Below are positions 16,596-16,813 of a DNA stretch of 16,813 bases, piece by piece. The translations under genes and the position numbers were made by a program. The notes under the pieces are model-generated. The model saw only the letters and a list, made by a program, of their open reading frames with translations. It did not search any database and was not told the origin of the DNA. The DNA comes from Elusimicrobiales bacterium (lineage in GTDB: Bacteria > Elusimicrobiota > Elusimicrobia > Elusimicrobiales > UBA9959), in NCBI GenBank assembly GCA_049972095.1, contig JBMFKQ010000033.1, positions 1 to 16,813 of the forward strand, written 5' to 3'. Position 1 is the first letter of the stretch. Each line of letters starts with the position of its first letter.

Positions 16596-16635
16596 TATTC
16601 TCATTTGATTCGCATTTATTTGCCAATTCTTTAAA

Positions 16636-16683
16636 TGATATAATAGATATTACAACAGTTTCAGTTATACAAGGTTAAGGAGG
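16636..16683 (+). promoter_or_regulatory. Extended -10 promoter and strong SD for the last ORF
   Basis: TGATATAAT (16636-16644); TAAGGAGG (16676-16683), 5 nt before the ATG. Confidence 0.6.
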
Positions 16684-16688
16684 CAAGT

Positions 16689-16813
16689 ATGTCAACATTT
16701 GAATGGATAGCTTTTTTTGCTATAGCGTCTGCTATGGTAAATGGAACGGGTATTTATATGGTTTACAAGGCAAAGAATTTAGTTTATAAATTTAAAAACT
16801 ATTTTTTGTGTTT
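16689..16813 (+). CDS. Partial (5' end) membrane protein, possibly a ZIP-family metal transporter
   Basis: Not in the ORF track. Reads MSTFEWIAFFAIASAMVNGTGIYMVYKAKNLVYKFKNYFLC and stays open to the window edge; TM1, basic loop and start of TM2 resemble ZIP N-termini. The CDS is well supported, the family is tentative. Confidence 0.55.
   Translation, partial: MSTFEWIAFFAIASAMVNGTGIYMVYKAKNLVYKFKNYFLC

Noticed and set aside
16346..16813. tRNA as the att site of an integrated island or prophage
   Set aside because: No integrase and no direct repeat of the tRNA 3' end in the window; the only match is inverted. Cannot be excluded beyond the right edge

Overview
AT-rich (roughly one-third GC by eye), densely coded bacterial chromosome segment using the standard code; the gene mix is compatible with an anaerobe, possibly Elusimicrobiota (low-confidence guess). 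Left block (- strand, tightly spaced): DUF2064-like protein, tldE/pmbA, tldD, an AmmeMemoRadiSam radical SAM enzyme with an N-terminal membrane anchor, and a class I fumarase. Divergent from it across only 21-30 bp is a chain of overlapping + strand genes: nadD-yqeK fusion, degenerate LCP/LytR_C protein, pilT, cNMP-binding/GAF-like protein, rsfS, argS. Then come a convergent OPT transporter + PduO-type adenosyltransferase pair, rmuC, tRNA-Ser(CGA) and the start of a membrane protein (possibly ZIP family). No integrase, transposase or CRISPR array is visible. The most unusual signals are non-coding: a multi-hairpin element directly 3' of the tRNA with a 12-nt perfect antisense to the tRNA's T-arm, three dispersed bipartite heptamer-repeat arrays, and a compact bidirectional, probably leaderless promoter. 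All calls come from motif recognition only; no database searches were run.
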